This document shows positions 14,180-26,101 of a stretch of DNA of 64,000 bases, piece after piece. Position numbers and translations under genes: made by a program. Under the pieces are notes generated by a model, which ran no database searches, was not told the origin of the DNA, and saw only the letters and a list, made by a program, of their open reading frames with translations. This DNA comes from Octopus sinensis (lineage: Eukaryota). Each line of letters opens with the position of its first letter. Position 1 is the first letter of the stretch. The stretch covers positions 56,730,001-56,794,000 of the forward strand of contig NC_042997.1 of NCBI RefSeq assembly GCF_006345805.1, given 5' to 3'.

Positions 14180-14443
14180 AAGCATTTGGTGAATATAGAG
14201 TAAACCCCAAGGTGCAATGGAAGACATGCTGTCAAAACTGGAGGTTGTTGTGAAGTGATTGGGGGTGTACTGTTCTAGGTTTCAAGGCTATATTCTAGTG
14301 TAAGATACATTTAAACTGTGTATACAGTTAGCTTTGTTCAAGGATAATTAGGCGTTTTTGGCTTTGAAAAGGAAACTAGCCCTTTTTGCTGATTTCATAG
14401 CTATACAAAGAATATGTAGTCACTATAAACATTGAGAACTTAC

Positions 14444-14665
14444 CATCATACTGTAAGCCCTACGATTTGAAGGTTGTACAATGACTTTGATACCATCTTT
14501 CACAAGTTGTTTCACATGTGCTGGAGAAAGGGGGGCTCTCCTCTCCCAAACATTGACATCTTCTCTACGAATGGCGAGAACCTTTTTTTTATCGCCAAAA
14601 TATCGTCGACTCACTATACGTAAAGATGGAAACTGATGCAACTTTGAAAGGGATGCTGACCACAT
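14444..14665 (-). CDS. AASS: Alpha-aminoadipic semialdehyde synthase, first coding exon (mitochondrial presequence plus start of LKR domain)
   Basis: Translates as [74 protein letters not shown], matching the AASS/LKR N-terminal motifs RREDVNxWERRAPL and QPSNRRA. The acceptor ttttattttcag precedes 14676 (11 nt of UTR) and the donor ATG|gtaagt follows 14444. 222 nt, phase 0. Confidence 0.95.
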
Positions 14666-17600
14666 GTTAGTAGAATCTGAAAATAAAATTAAAAGTAATG
14701 TGATGATACTAATTAAGAATCAACAGTTTGAACTAACTAAAATGATTTCTCTTTCCAGGAAAATAGTAAAAGAAATATGAAAAGATATGGTTAATAATAT
14801 ACTGTTGAATCTATACATATCTATTTGCTTGTTAAATATGAGAAAGGGAAGAATTATATAGAGCAACATGTAAAATAACTTCAACAGTATTTTAAATTCT
14901 TATCATAAGCTCTTGCATCAAGTCTTGTATTACTGAAGTTAGTTTTATACTTCATGGTTCTGAGCTCAAAACCCACACAAGATTCATCTTTGCTTTTCAT
15001 TCCCCAAAGTTTAACAAAATGAGTGCTATACTGTACCAGGATACATTCAGGTTGATTATGCCACCCCTGCAAAAAATAGCTTTGCAGTAATTTGAAAGAG
15101 ATCAATATTTAAACTAAACACCTTCACTTTGTACAAATTTCCAAGCACATTACCACTTTCATAGTGATTAGTAGAAGCAGAAAATAAAAACTAATAGTAG
15201 AACTTTTTTTTGTAAATGTATTACAGTTCATAGCACAATTGAGAAAAACATGAAGAACACCAAAATTATTTCTTCAGAGCTTTGTAAATTTATATTCACT
15301 GCTGGTGTTTCATTTATTTTCTGAAAAAAAAGCACTTCATTCTACATTGCCTCTGTTCACTTAGCTATTGCTAATATATAATAGGGATCATCTGGACATG
15401 TTATTTGAGATAAGGTAGTATACCATCCTAGAAGAGATCCCTTCACTTTCTTGCTTAACTGTCTGTGAAGTTTGGTGCTGCTATTATCTCTCAACTTTTT
15501 AATGTCATGAAACCAGAGATTAGCAGCAACCTTTATAAGACCACTGCAGTTAAAAAAGCATTTACATTTTACAGATTAGTATTGCAGCAATATGTGCTTT
15601 GACTTCCAATGTACATTACAGAAGAATCCTACGTTTGCCAAGATAACCCTTTTTACTAAAGGAACAAGACCTGAAAGTTTGCAGAAGCAGGAATAGTCAA
15701 TTTGATCGACTCTCCATCCCCATGCTCAACTAGTACTTATTACAATCAACTCTGAAAGGATGAAAGGCAGCGTCAACCTTGGCAGCATTTCAGCTTAGAA
15801 TGTAAAGACATGTGAAATGTTACTAAGCATTTTGTTCAGCATGGTGATAATTTTGCTAGCTCACCACCACTACTGTTACTAATAATAAAAGATAAAACAA
15901 ACCTTAATGATGGACTAATGTATGAATATTGTTGGTTAAGCTGATGCCACACTAAAAGATAAGGTTAAGTTCACATATATGTTAGTGAGAAGAATGTTGT
16001 TTGACAGTGATTGTACTCTTGTTTTCCACAGTACATCCTATTGCATGAATCTGAAGCATGGGCATTATAACGTGAACTGGTAAAACAAATTGTTTACAGT
16101 TTTGATGACACACCAAGGAGATGTGAATATCACTTGGAAAGATAAGGTCACCCAAGCTAATTGACATGAAAGAAACACTTCTGTAACGAAACCTCTACTG
16201 AGCGGGAACGCCCAAAAAGGAAGAGGAATCTCGGTTACAAAGATGAAAACTTTTGTCTCACAGCTAGCCAATGGGACGTGAAATCAAGGTAGAACCTGTC
16301 TGAGATTACAAGAATGTAGTTAATCCGAGATGAAGCAGTTCGGGAAAGAAACCTGAGGAGATCAATCAATAATTCACTTATAAAATACTAAGGTAAGAAA
16401 TGTCGATTTCGATAGATAGCTTGTAATAATGGATAGGGCTAGGTGGGTTTTTTGGCCAGTCAAACGATTTTTTTTTTTTTTTTGCAGATGCTGATCAATT
16501 GAGTGATACAGAATCAATGATACGCATGTAACTATGCAATATAATATTTATAACTCAATTCAAAATTACAATAAAGTACAGTGGACACATGAGATTCTAG
16601 TTATGTGTTCTTTTGCAAGAACTAGTAGTATATGCAATCTATTAAAAACTCAATATTCTTTCCTTTCTGCAGATGTATACTGTTATGATAAAAGTTGTCA
16701 TCAATATGAGAGCTTTTCCAAGATGCGCTGTTATTTTAGAACTTCAGTGTCTCTATAACTACTGGATAAAAAATCACGTCTGAATTACTGAGTAAAGAAA
16801 TTGTTAAAAAATAATAGCACATTGTTTGATCAATCGTGGATCTATATGATAACGTAGGAATGGTAATAATTAAGTTGTAGAAACGAGGGAAATTAAATAA
16901 GTTTTAATTTCTGAAAATGAGAGGGAAAAACAACTTGCAATAAGAACGGATCTTTCATTTTGCTTTAAACACACTGCACGGTGGTACTACAATTTGCGGT
17001 ATATCATGCAGAATAATAACCCAGTCGTGTTACGTAAACCAACGTGTTAAGTGGCACAACACAACAAATAAGAGAAAGAAAAAAAAAAGAGAGAGAGACG
17101 AAACCTTATAAAACGTGGAGTGTCCATTAGTTTTTCAGTTGTCAGGTCAAACAAGAATACGGGTGAAGGCGTAAAGTTTTATACACTTAATGTATAAAAG
17201 CAGGAGCTTGGATAGATGTATGATTATTTTAATCTTGTACAAGAAAAGAAAAATATTCCTTCAATGTAAATATTTTTAAAAGATTTAATTAGATAACGCT
17301 TCTTGCTTTTGTTTTATCTATAGTTTATTTTCTTCACTTTCTCTCATGTTATTCGGAAATAACATATTCTTTATTAATCAATATTAAGTTGGTTATTAAT
17401 TATATAAATTAAAATAGACAATTTCAGTATATAAAAAGTATATAATTGAAAATGTAAATAATGTATATAATTGAAAATGTAAAGAGTGTAAATCAAGAAA
17501 TTAATTTTTCTTTATTTTTACAGCCAAATTCTTTTTGTTTCTCCACGAGATAAAAAAAAAATCACAATTTTTGTGCATTAATAATTTCTTACAACATTTA

Positions 17601-18785
17601 GATCTTACATGCAATGTAATAGCAACTGATAACACAATATCAATAACACACAGTCCTCATACTGAAGGCTGTTCAGTATCGGAAAATTCCATCTGTGTCT
17701 ACGTAGCAATACGACAGGAAGAAATGTTTGGCTTACACATTCATAACCAAAATGAATCACGGAGAAATATGTTAGTGTAAGACGTGGAGGTGACCCTATT
17801 GTCTGTACCCGACCTTAATCGTGGTATTTACTTGAGTAAAAACAATACAAAACTAAAACTAAAGAACACGAACGGTTATTGAGGAATATGAATATCACGA
17901 TTGCCGAGGAAACAGAATTAAAAAATTAACAGATAGCGAGAGATGGGGGGAGGGATGCGGGTTAATAAGGAAATTTAATGTTAACTCTTTTTAGGCTTTA
18001 AAATATATCTCTTTGAAAATAAACAGGAATTGTGCATGTTGGAAATCACTGTTGAAACGTGTAACATTGTGCTTATGATAAAAGTCCATATTGAAACGGA
18101 TTTCTCATCTCCGACTTGCTTAAAAAGTACTGAATGGTGTACAGATAGATAGAAATACAGAAAATTTAAATATCCATAAACGTTGCACATATCTTCTGCA
18201 TCATTTGAAACTAATTTTCATTCTATTTAATCTATTTCAAACTCTTCCAAATACACAAATAAAATGCAAAATGATTTTAGATGTGCTTAAAGCCTCAAGA
18301 GATGCATATCCTAAATACATTAGCAGTTAATGTGAAACAGGTCTATCTATGGAGGAATCGACGTTACATCCCTACTGGATGGAAAGTGGGGTGAAATATT
18401 TCGATTTTACCAACGACCAAGAGATGAGCCTGAAGGTGGTTACTCGACCAGTTAAAAATAGCAGCCAAACTTCTCTCTGCCTATCGAAGAAAGACATGAC
18501 ACATTAAACAATGTAAGAGTTAAATGTACAAAAAGATGGAATTATCATCCTGGAACATTTCTGATAATAACTCTGCTCAATCGGGACTAACCTTGGTCCA
18601 GAAAACAATATAGAAAACATTTTATTTACAAACACACAACATAAGATTTGAATACAGGTTTAGATACGGGGATGCTATACGAAGAAAAACAGAAAATAAA
18701 TAAACAATCGATTATCAACATGGTTTAATTTTAGTGAATTGAGTGAGCTCGAACTATTAAACAGTTGAAAACATTTACAACCTAC

Positions 18786-18875
18786 CTGGTGTTCAATACG
18801 TTGTAAACAGGAGTTCAGCAACTGAATGACTTGTATTGGATTTCAATTATGCAATTTTGTAAGACGGCCACGTGG
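18786..18875 (-). promoter_or_regulatory. Candidate AASS promoter and non-coding first exon
   Basis: The first coding exon starts with a splice acceptor, so an upstream UTR exon is required. On the minus strand there is an E-box CCACGTGG (18868-18875), an Inr-like TCAGTT (18825-18820) and a strong donor CCAG|GTAGGT at 18786/18785, in a region that looks relatively CpG-rich. Motif-based only. Confidence 0.35.
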
Positions 18876-19749
18876 TTCAGAATTTCAACTAATGGCAGAA
18901 GAGCAATATCACACACCTATGCTGCTAAATGTTGATGTTTTTAGGAAACCGCATTGATATGTTGTTATTGTATTTGTAGCGCTGGTCAGCTGTAATTCCT
19001 TTTATAACGAAAAGGCATTACAGTCGTGACCATTTCATCTTATTTTCATATATAAATATATGCGGGACTACTTTATCCTGGTGCGTGTTCTTTTTTCTTT
19101 CTTTCTTTTTTTTTCTACAAGAAGATAGATTGGGATTTGAAGGAGATTTAGCTATTATTTTGTAGATCGAGAAACTACATAGCATGCCCGTCGCTAAAGG
19201 GATGCACTAGACGGCACTGCCTCCCTCACTAGTCAATTGTGCGCCCTCAAATTTACAGTGATACCTATATTTCGAAACTCTACGTTAGCATTATTACAAA
19301 TGAGTGTTCATCGAGAATATTGTGATGCATCCCCATGTACAAAAGTCTGGCGACGGGCCTGCTATATGGAAGCTATTTCGTTGCATGCCATTTATGTTTA
19401 GAGATGGCAGACGTAATGTACGGAGTGAGATTATTTAACTTTTTGACTGTGATTTAACAAATACACACAAAACGCACGCGTGAGCGTATATATATTTATG
19501 CCGTCATCGTTTTATGAAAACCACTTTTCTTCGCTCGCACTTGTCAAATGGAATCTGTAGAGACACATCTATTACCAGATACCCTTCATACAGCCAACCC
19601 TCACTGGTTTTCACGTAAAGTAATATTTCCCCCTGGTTAGACATATTTTCATAGAAAATCGGGACAAGACTTCCTTTTGCACCACCCCCCAAGAAAAAAA
19701 CACCTTTTATTTCATTATATTTTCTATTACGAAGAATACGAATCTGCTA

Positions 19750-20035
19750 AAAAATTGGCAAAAATCGGCATTCTGAAATCCACTCCTTAATTTCTTCCTT
19801 TTTAACTTTTTTCAGATTTTTTTTTTTTTTTTTTTTTTTTTTCAAAATATGCAGAAAAATACAGAGATTATGATTCTGAAGAAAATTTCCAAAAGTTTTG
19901 TAGTTACGGTTAGGGTTAGAGTTTCAAGGTTTGGGTATTGGGGTTTTAGGATTAGGGTTGCGGAAAAATGTGAAAAATGAAGAAATTAGGGGAGGAGGGG
20001 GGGAGAAATTTCAAAATGCCGATTTTTGGCAATTT
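19750..20035. mobile_element. MITE-like element with subterminal inverted repeats and an internal degenerate TTAGGG tract
   Basis: ttggcaaaaatcggcattctgaaat (about 19756) is inverted to atttcaaaatgccgatttttggcaa (about 20008). Internal ggttagggttagagtt...ttaggattagggtt at about 19905-19958. Confidence 0.5.
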
Positions 20036-20210
20036 TCTAGAATCTCTGTATCCAAAAACAAGGGTTTTTGGCAAAAAAAAAGGAGAAATGGCGGGGGGGG
20101 GGGGTCTTTCCAAAATTGGAAACAAATGAAACTGCTTGTACGACAGTGACTCTCTTTTACATCTGTCCGGTCATGTGAAGGCAAGGCGATAGTAACAAAC
20201 ACACAGATCT

Positions 20211-20340
20211 TTTTTGGAATTGGTTCTTGCAGTACATATAAAGCTATAAATTATAGCATGTAAGTATTGGGTTGAAAAACCCAATATTTACATGCTATTA
20301 TTTATAGCTTTATACATACTTTAAGAACCAATTCCAAAAA
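20211..20340. repeat. 130-nt fold-back palindrome (about 63-bp stem, GAAA loop)
   Basis: Arms tttttggaattggttctt..gtattgggtt and aacccaatat..aagaaccaattccaaaaa pair with 4 mismatches and 2 G-U. Loop at 20274-20277. Confidence 0.85.
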
Positions 20341-20344
20341 GAAT

Positions 20345-21345
20345 TATTCCATGTTCCCTTGAAAGTTTACATATTATCCATCTTATGAAAACATTCGATC
20401 TTAGCATAACAATAGATACTAACCTGATGGTTGTCAATTTCCTTGACGTATCTGTGGACTTACAAAAGAATATTTACAAACCCTATAGACAGTCCAATGA
20501 TAAATTTAGTTATATTAATGTAGGTTCCTGTCCCCACCCCCCATAGTGTTTAAGAATTTAGTTAAGAATATTAGTAGAATTTCTAGCCTCTCCTCTGATA
20601 TTAACATATTTAATAATGCTGCCCCAGTATATAACAAAGCCCTTAAAGCTAGTGGATTTAAAGAGGAAATAGTTTATACACCTGCTATTAGGCCAGAAAT
20701 AAAGAAAAAGCATAGACACAGAAAAGTTATCTGGTTCACACCCCCTTACTCCCCCAAAGTGACTTTTAATATAGGTAAATATTTCTTGTCACTTATAGAT
20801 AGACACTTTCCAATAAATCATATAGGAAACTCTTTAATAGGCATAACCTAAAAATTAGTTTTAGTTGAACCCCAAATTTTAAAAACGTAATTGCACACAA
20901 CACAAAAAAAAACAACATGAAGCCAGCTGTTCCTGCAGGGATAAAGACTTGTACCTGCTAAATGATGCCTGTATGACTGGGACCATTATTTATGAAGCCA
21001 CCATAAATTTTATGAACACTAATAACACAGTTTCATCAAAGAGATATGTGGATCTCAAGAAGAGAAATTTTAAAGCAAGGTTCAATAATCACACTTTAAG
21101 CTTCAGATACTGGGATAAATGAAAAACTACCAAATTATTCAGTCATATATGGTTCTTAAAAGAACAAGGTGTCAGCTATATGATTTATTGGAAGATCTTG
21201 GCCAAGTGTAAACCTTATACCAACAGTAGTGGCAAGTGTGGTCTTTGTGATATGGAAAGATGGCTCATCTGGAAAAGTTCCTTGGACACCGCTACATGTC
21301 TAAATTTGAGAACTGAACTTTTTGGTTCATGTTCACATATAACAA
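20345..21345 (+). mobile_element. Penelope-like (Neptune-type) element 3' half: RT thumb, linker and GIY-YIG-like endonuclease, degraded
   Basis: VNFLDVSVDL..YKPYR, RKVIWFTPPYSPKVTFNIGKYFLSLIDRHFP, FKARFNNHTLSF and WKILAKCKPYTNSSGKCGLCDMERWLI..LNLRTELFGSCSH. Confidence 0.8.
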
Positions 21346-21752
21346 AATACATGTTACGGTTTTCCACCCCCCACCCCGAATCACAGATAGAATCTGCATT
21401 TTTACTATGTTCCTGCACAAGCTTTCTATATGTCTTAACATTTTTTTTTGTTTTATGTATAATTTTTCATTTTTTCCTTTTTAATTGTGTGAGTGTTTAT
21501 GTTTGTAAGTATATGTATATGTAAATATATATTAAATGTGTACGTCTGTGCATGTGTATGTATGTATATGAGTGTAGAACTGTGTCCGGTGCATAAGTGC
21601 AACTTTCATGCACACATCCCCTTCTTTTATACAGATATGCATATGCTTGTATATCTCCGGTTGTAGATGTGTGATAGAAGGATGTATATATATATAATCT
21701 GTGTGTGTACATATATGTATATTCGTGTATGTGGTGAGTGTGAATGTATGCC

Positions 21753-21839
<87 letters not shown>

Positions 21840-22559
21840 GATGATGATGATGATGATGATTTATATATATATATATATAAATCATCATCATCATGTATGG
21901 ATGTCTAGATATATATGTATGCAGACATACACCTATGTGTATATGAGGATGAATTTGTGTACATACATATATATGTGTGTGGATATGTGTATGAGTATAT
22001 ACATGCACATATATGTTTATGTGTGTATAGGCATGTACATATACATGTTTGTGTGAGTGTGTACGTATGTAGGCGTTATGAACACAGGAGGTTTTATGTC
22101 TATGCATTGTGAGAATATGGTTATGTGTATTTTTTATCTTTTATATTTTTTCCAACCTGTTTTTTTTTATAGTATCTATTGCCATTATTAGCCAATGGGA
22201 ATGCCTTGTAGCTCTTACCTCCAGTATTTGAAACTCTGAGTATTATTATGACAGTTTACTGATTATCATAAACTATACATATATTAATATCCTATATTTA
22301 CCTAATATTGAGTCTCATTCTTTTGTTGTCACTTTTATTATTATTAATATTTTTATCATTATTATTATTATTATTATTATTATCATTATATCATCATCAT
22401 TGTTTAATGTCCACTTTCCATGCTAGCATGGGTTGGACGGTTTGACTGAGGGCTGGCAAACCAGATGGCTGCACCAGGCTCCAATCTTGATCTGGCAGAG
22501 TTTCTACAGCTGGATGCCCTTCCTAACACCAACCACTCTGAGAGTGTGTATATATACAT

Positions 22560-22980
22560 ATATACTCTTTACTCTTTTACTTGTTTCAATCATTTGACTG
22601 TGGCCATGCAGGAGCACCGCCTTTAGTCGAGCAAATCGCCCCCAGGACTTATTCTTCGTAAGCCTAGTACTTATTCTATCGGTCTCTTTTGCCAAACCGC
22701 TAAGTTACAGGGACGTAAACACAGCAGCATCGGTTCTCAAGTGATGTTTGGGGGACAAACACAGACACGCAAACATATACACACACATACATACATATAT
22801 ATACACATATACAACAGGCTTCTTTCAGTTTCCATCTGCCAAATCTACTCACAAGGCTTTGGTTGGGTCGAGGCTATAGTAGAAGATACTTGCCCAAGGT
22901 GCCATGCAGTGGGACTGAACCTAGAACCATAGGGTTCGTAAGCAAGCTGCTTACCACACAGACACACTCCTACGCCTATA
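22560..22980 (-). mobile_element. tRNA-derived SINE
   Basis: Head AGGCGTAGGAGTGTGTCTGTGTGG..GGTTCAGTCCC (A/B-box-like), a body shared with 52225-52640, and an (AGTAAAAG)n tail. Confidence 0.75.
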
Positions 22981-23461
22981 CATTCTTTCATATATACTTT
23001 GATACTTTGATAGGTTTCGGCCATTATTGGCCCAGGCCATGTCTAACTTAATAGCACCACCTGGTGAAGTCTTTCAAGTCAGAATTTGGGCACTATGGCC
23101 CACTCAAGTAGAGAGTTATTGTTTACAGAGACATATCCGGGTGTAGGGGGTTTATCCGGGATATCTTGAAGGAATCTGTCCAAAGACTTCTTGAACCCTA
23201 TAGGGTCAGTTTCTGTTTTAATGTGTTTTGGTGTAATGTTAAAGAGAGCGGGGCCAATTGAGGTGAAATAATTGTGCCGTATTGTTGTTATGAGATGAGA
23301 GTGCGATTTTTGTTTTGGGCGGATGGCACGGGGCCCAAGCCTTGGATGTACCTTAAAGGTGATGCCAACATCATTTGGGCAATGCTGATGGAATATTTTC
23401 CACATCATGCAGATGATGTAGCGCTCACGACGACATTGGAGAGAATAAAGTTTTAGCTTTT

Positions 23462-26101
23462 CTAGTCGAGGCCTGTCATGCCATCTATCTTTCTTGTGAT
23501 TGCCCTTTGAGGTGCTTCAACTTTTATGATACTTTGTATTGTGTGGGGAGACCACAGTGGACAACAGTATTCAAGGTGGGGTCGGGCAAAAGTGGAGAAG
23601 AGAAGGATAATGATGTGGATATCTCTCGACTGGAAAGTTCTGAGAATCCAGGAACACATTCTGCGGGCCATGTCAACTTTGGTGTTTATATGAGTGGCCC
23701 AGCTTACGTTGTTGTCCACAATTACTCCCAAGTCTCTGATGTTGTTGGACACTGTGAGAGTTTCACCTGAAGGAAGGGAGTATGGGAGTTTCAGGGCATC
23801 CTCTTTTCCAAAGTGGATTAACTCAAATTTATCCTCGTTCAGCAGCATATTGTTTTTTTCTGCCCATTGGATAACAGCCAGTAGATCTGACTGAAGGCAT
23901 GTCCGGTCACTCGCCTCATTTATGACCTTCTGTAGCTTGGAATCATCTGCAAAGATTTTTATGTTGCTGTGCTTGATGATGTCATTGATGTCATTAATGT
24001 AGATGATGAAAAGAAGTGGGCCCAGCACAGTGCCTTGCGGAACGCCACTACTGACTTTGGCTGGGCTTGATTTTACCCCTTCAACTACAACATGTTGAGA
24101 TCTGTCTGTCAGGAAACACTTGATCCATTTCAGTAACTTTCCAGAGACACCAATGTTGGATAGTTTTTTCAATAGGATCTTGTGATCGACCCTGTCGAAG
24201 GCCTTACTGAAATCAAGGTAGATGACATCGGTGTTGGAGCCCTCTCCCAAAGCTCTCAAAATGTCATCAAAGTGATGCAGGAGTTGCGTTAGGCAGTCCC
24301 TTCCATTACGGAACCCATGTTGGTTAGAGATCAGCCGTCTGTTGCTTTCCAGAAATTGGGTTATTCGAGATCTCACCACCCTCTCAAATACCTTGATGAT
24401 ATGAGAGGTGAGTGAGATCGGACGGTAGTTCACTGCAAGGGACTTGTTTCCCTTTTTGAAAACTGGGACAACAGACTGGGACAGAAGGTTTTTTGGAATA
24501 TAGCCAGCATCCAGTGAGTTTCTCCACAGATTAGCAAGGGGAGATGCAAGTTGGTGTCGATACACCTTCAGGACACAAGCAGGGAACCTATCGGGGCCTA
24601 CTGCTGAATTGTGTTTTATTTCATTTATCGCCGCTAAGACATCAGGGGCACTAAACGTTATGTCCGATATAGTGTGTTGGGGGTTGACATCACTGATACA
24701 GCCCAGATCGGCCATATCAGGATTGCTGAAAACAGAGCAGTATTGTTTCTGCAGTATCTCAGCCATGGATTTGGCATTATCTTGGAGAGTGCCAGTTTCA
24801 TCAATTAGAGGGCCAACAATGGAGGCAGTGACCCTGCGTTTCCTCGCAAATGAAAAGAACACTTTGGGGTTGAGTTTGATTTTTTCAATGGCCCACTTCT
24901 CCTCAGCTGATCTTTGGTTATTGATGAGGGTCTTCATGCATTGTTGGAGGTTATATTTTTCGGATTCAAGCAGTGCGATAGCCGTCGAATGTGTGTGTTG
25001 CTGTTGGCAGTACTTTAGTTTGTTAATTTTTTTGTTTGTTCTTTTTATTTTTCTGATAATAGTTTTTCTGTTTTGGGGGATTCTGCACTTTTTGTTCACA
25101 GGTCTTGGTGGGGAGTGTTTTGCACATATGTCTGTGACGATGTCTACAAAGATCTGCCAAGATGTTTTATGGTTGGTGGAGATGTGTGTATGTGTAAAGG
25201 ACCAGTCAACATGTGATAGCTCGTTCCTGATTGCATCCCAGTTGGCATTATGGAGATCCATGTTATCAAATGGGTGGGCTGAAGGGAGGTCACTAGGATT
25301 AGCTTTCGGCTGGTGGAATTTCATGTTACAGAGAACCATGTCATGGTCTGAAAGAAGGGTTTTTTCCACTGTAACGTTATGTATAGTGTTAGTGTGGTTA
25401 CTAAACACTAGGTCCAAAATGTTCTGATGTCTTGTTGGTGCAAGGACAAGTTGGGACAAGAAAAACTCATTCGTAAAGTCGAAAAGTGACTCTGCTGCTT
25501 CTTTGTCAGCGGTTGAGGCGGGAGTGCTTGGTTTCAAACAGTTTGTAGTCCAGTCAACACAGGGTAGATTGAAGTCTCCCATCATGAGTAGGTTGCTAGA
25601 ATGGCACTGTTGAATAAAGCACTTAATGCTGTTGAGGCATTCTTTAAAGCACAGTATGGGTGTTTGGGGCGGCCTATAGAGCCCAATTACTGTCAGGTCA
25701 TTGGCTTTGTTGTGCACGGTGACTGATTCACAGTAGCCGTTGGAGAATATACTATTTCCATCTGCCGTAAATGAATCATGCAGGAAAATGGCAGTTCCAC
25801 CCTTCCTCCTGCCGATACGATCTGCGCGGATGGTTGTGAAATTCTTCACTCTCACTTCGGCTTCCAAGTGGGAGTTGTCAAGGTGTGTCTCAGTGAGAAT
25901 GAAGAAAGGGATGTGGTGTGAATGGTTACCAACCCAGTCTTCAATGAATTGGACCTTCCATTTTTGTGCATTGATGGAAGGGCTGACACCTTGTGCATTG
26001 AGTAGAAATGTGGAGGTTAGTGTAGTGGCTGGTTTTGACTGTTGCAGGGGGCTTGGATTTTTTGTGTGTGTTAGTGGCAGCAATGTGGGGAATTGGTGCA
26101 C
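23462..26101 (-). CDS. LINE ORF2: apurinic endonuclease plus reverse transcriptase (879 aa, frameshifted near the C-terminus)
   Basis: APE motifs LLNAQG, LTETHL, MGDFNLP and SDHDMV. RT motifs NYRPISLTS, QHGFR, YLDFSKAFD, GVPQGTVLGPLLF and FADD. Confidence 0.95.
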   Translation of the reverse strand: MHQFPTLLPLTHTKNPSPLQQSKPATTLTSTFLLNAQGVSPSINAQKWKVQFIEDWVGNHSHHIPFFILTETHLDNSHLEAEVRVKNFTTIRADRIGRRKGGTAIFLHDSFTADGNSIFSNGYCESVTVHNKANDLTVIGLYRPPQTPILCFKECLNSIKCFIQQCHSSNLLMMGDFNLPCVDWTTNCLKPSTPASTADKEAAESLFDFTNEFFLSQLVLAPTRHQNILDLVFSNHTNTIHNVTVEKTLLSDHDMVLCNMKFHQPKANPSDLPSAHPFDNMDLHNANWDAIRNELSHVDWSFTHTHISTNHKTSWQIFVDIVTDICAKHSPPRPVNKKCRIPQNRKTIIRKIKRTNKKINKLKYCQQQHTHSTAIALLESEKYNLQQCMKTLINNQRSAEEKWAIEKIKLNPKVFFSFARKRRVTASIVGPLIDETGTLQDNAKSMAEILQKQYCSVFSNPDMADLGCISDVNPQHTISDITFSAPDVLAAINEIKHNSAVGPDRFPACVLKVYRHQLASPLANLWRNSLDAGYIPKNLLSQSVVPVFKKGNKSLAVNYRPISLTSHIIKVFERVVRSRITQFLESNRRLISNQHGFRNGRDCLTQLLHHFDDILRALGEGSNTDVIYLDFSKAFDRVDHKILLKKLSNIGVSGKLLKWIKCFLTDRSQHVVVEGVKSSPAKVSSGVPQGTVLGPLLFIIYINDINDIIKHSNIKIFADDSKLQKVINEASDRTCLQSDLLAVIQWAEKNNMLLNEDKFELIHFGKEDALKLPYSLPSGETLTVSNNIRDLGVIVDNNVSWATHINTKVDMARRMCSWILRTFQSRDIHIIILLFSTFARPHLEYCCPLWSPHTIQSIIKVEAPQRAITRKIDGMTGLD

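Noticed and set aside
21497-22112. ORFs rich in YI/HT/CV/MM (also at 27168-27516, 28243-28539, 33711-34217, 35512-36154 and 62978-63263)
   Set aside because: They are translations of (TA)n, (CA)n, (CATA)n and (GAT/GAA)n microsatellites.
22183-22250. Hammerhead-like motif CCAATGG-GAATGC..GTATTT-GAAAC-TCTGA-GTA downstream of the Neptune fragment
   Set aside because: Three core positions differ from CUGANGA and helix I pairs poorly. At most it is a decayed relic.
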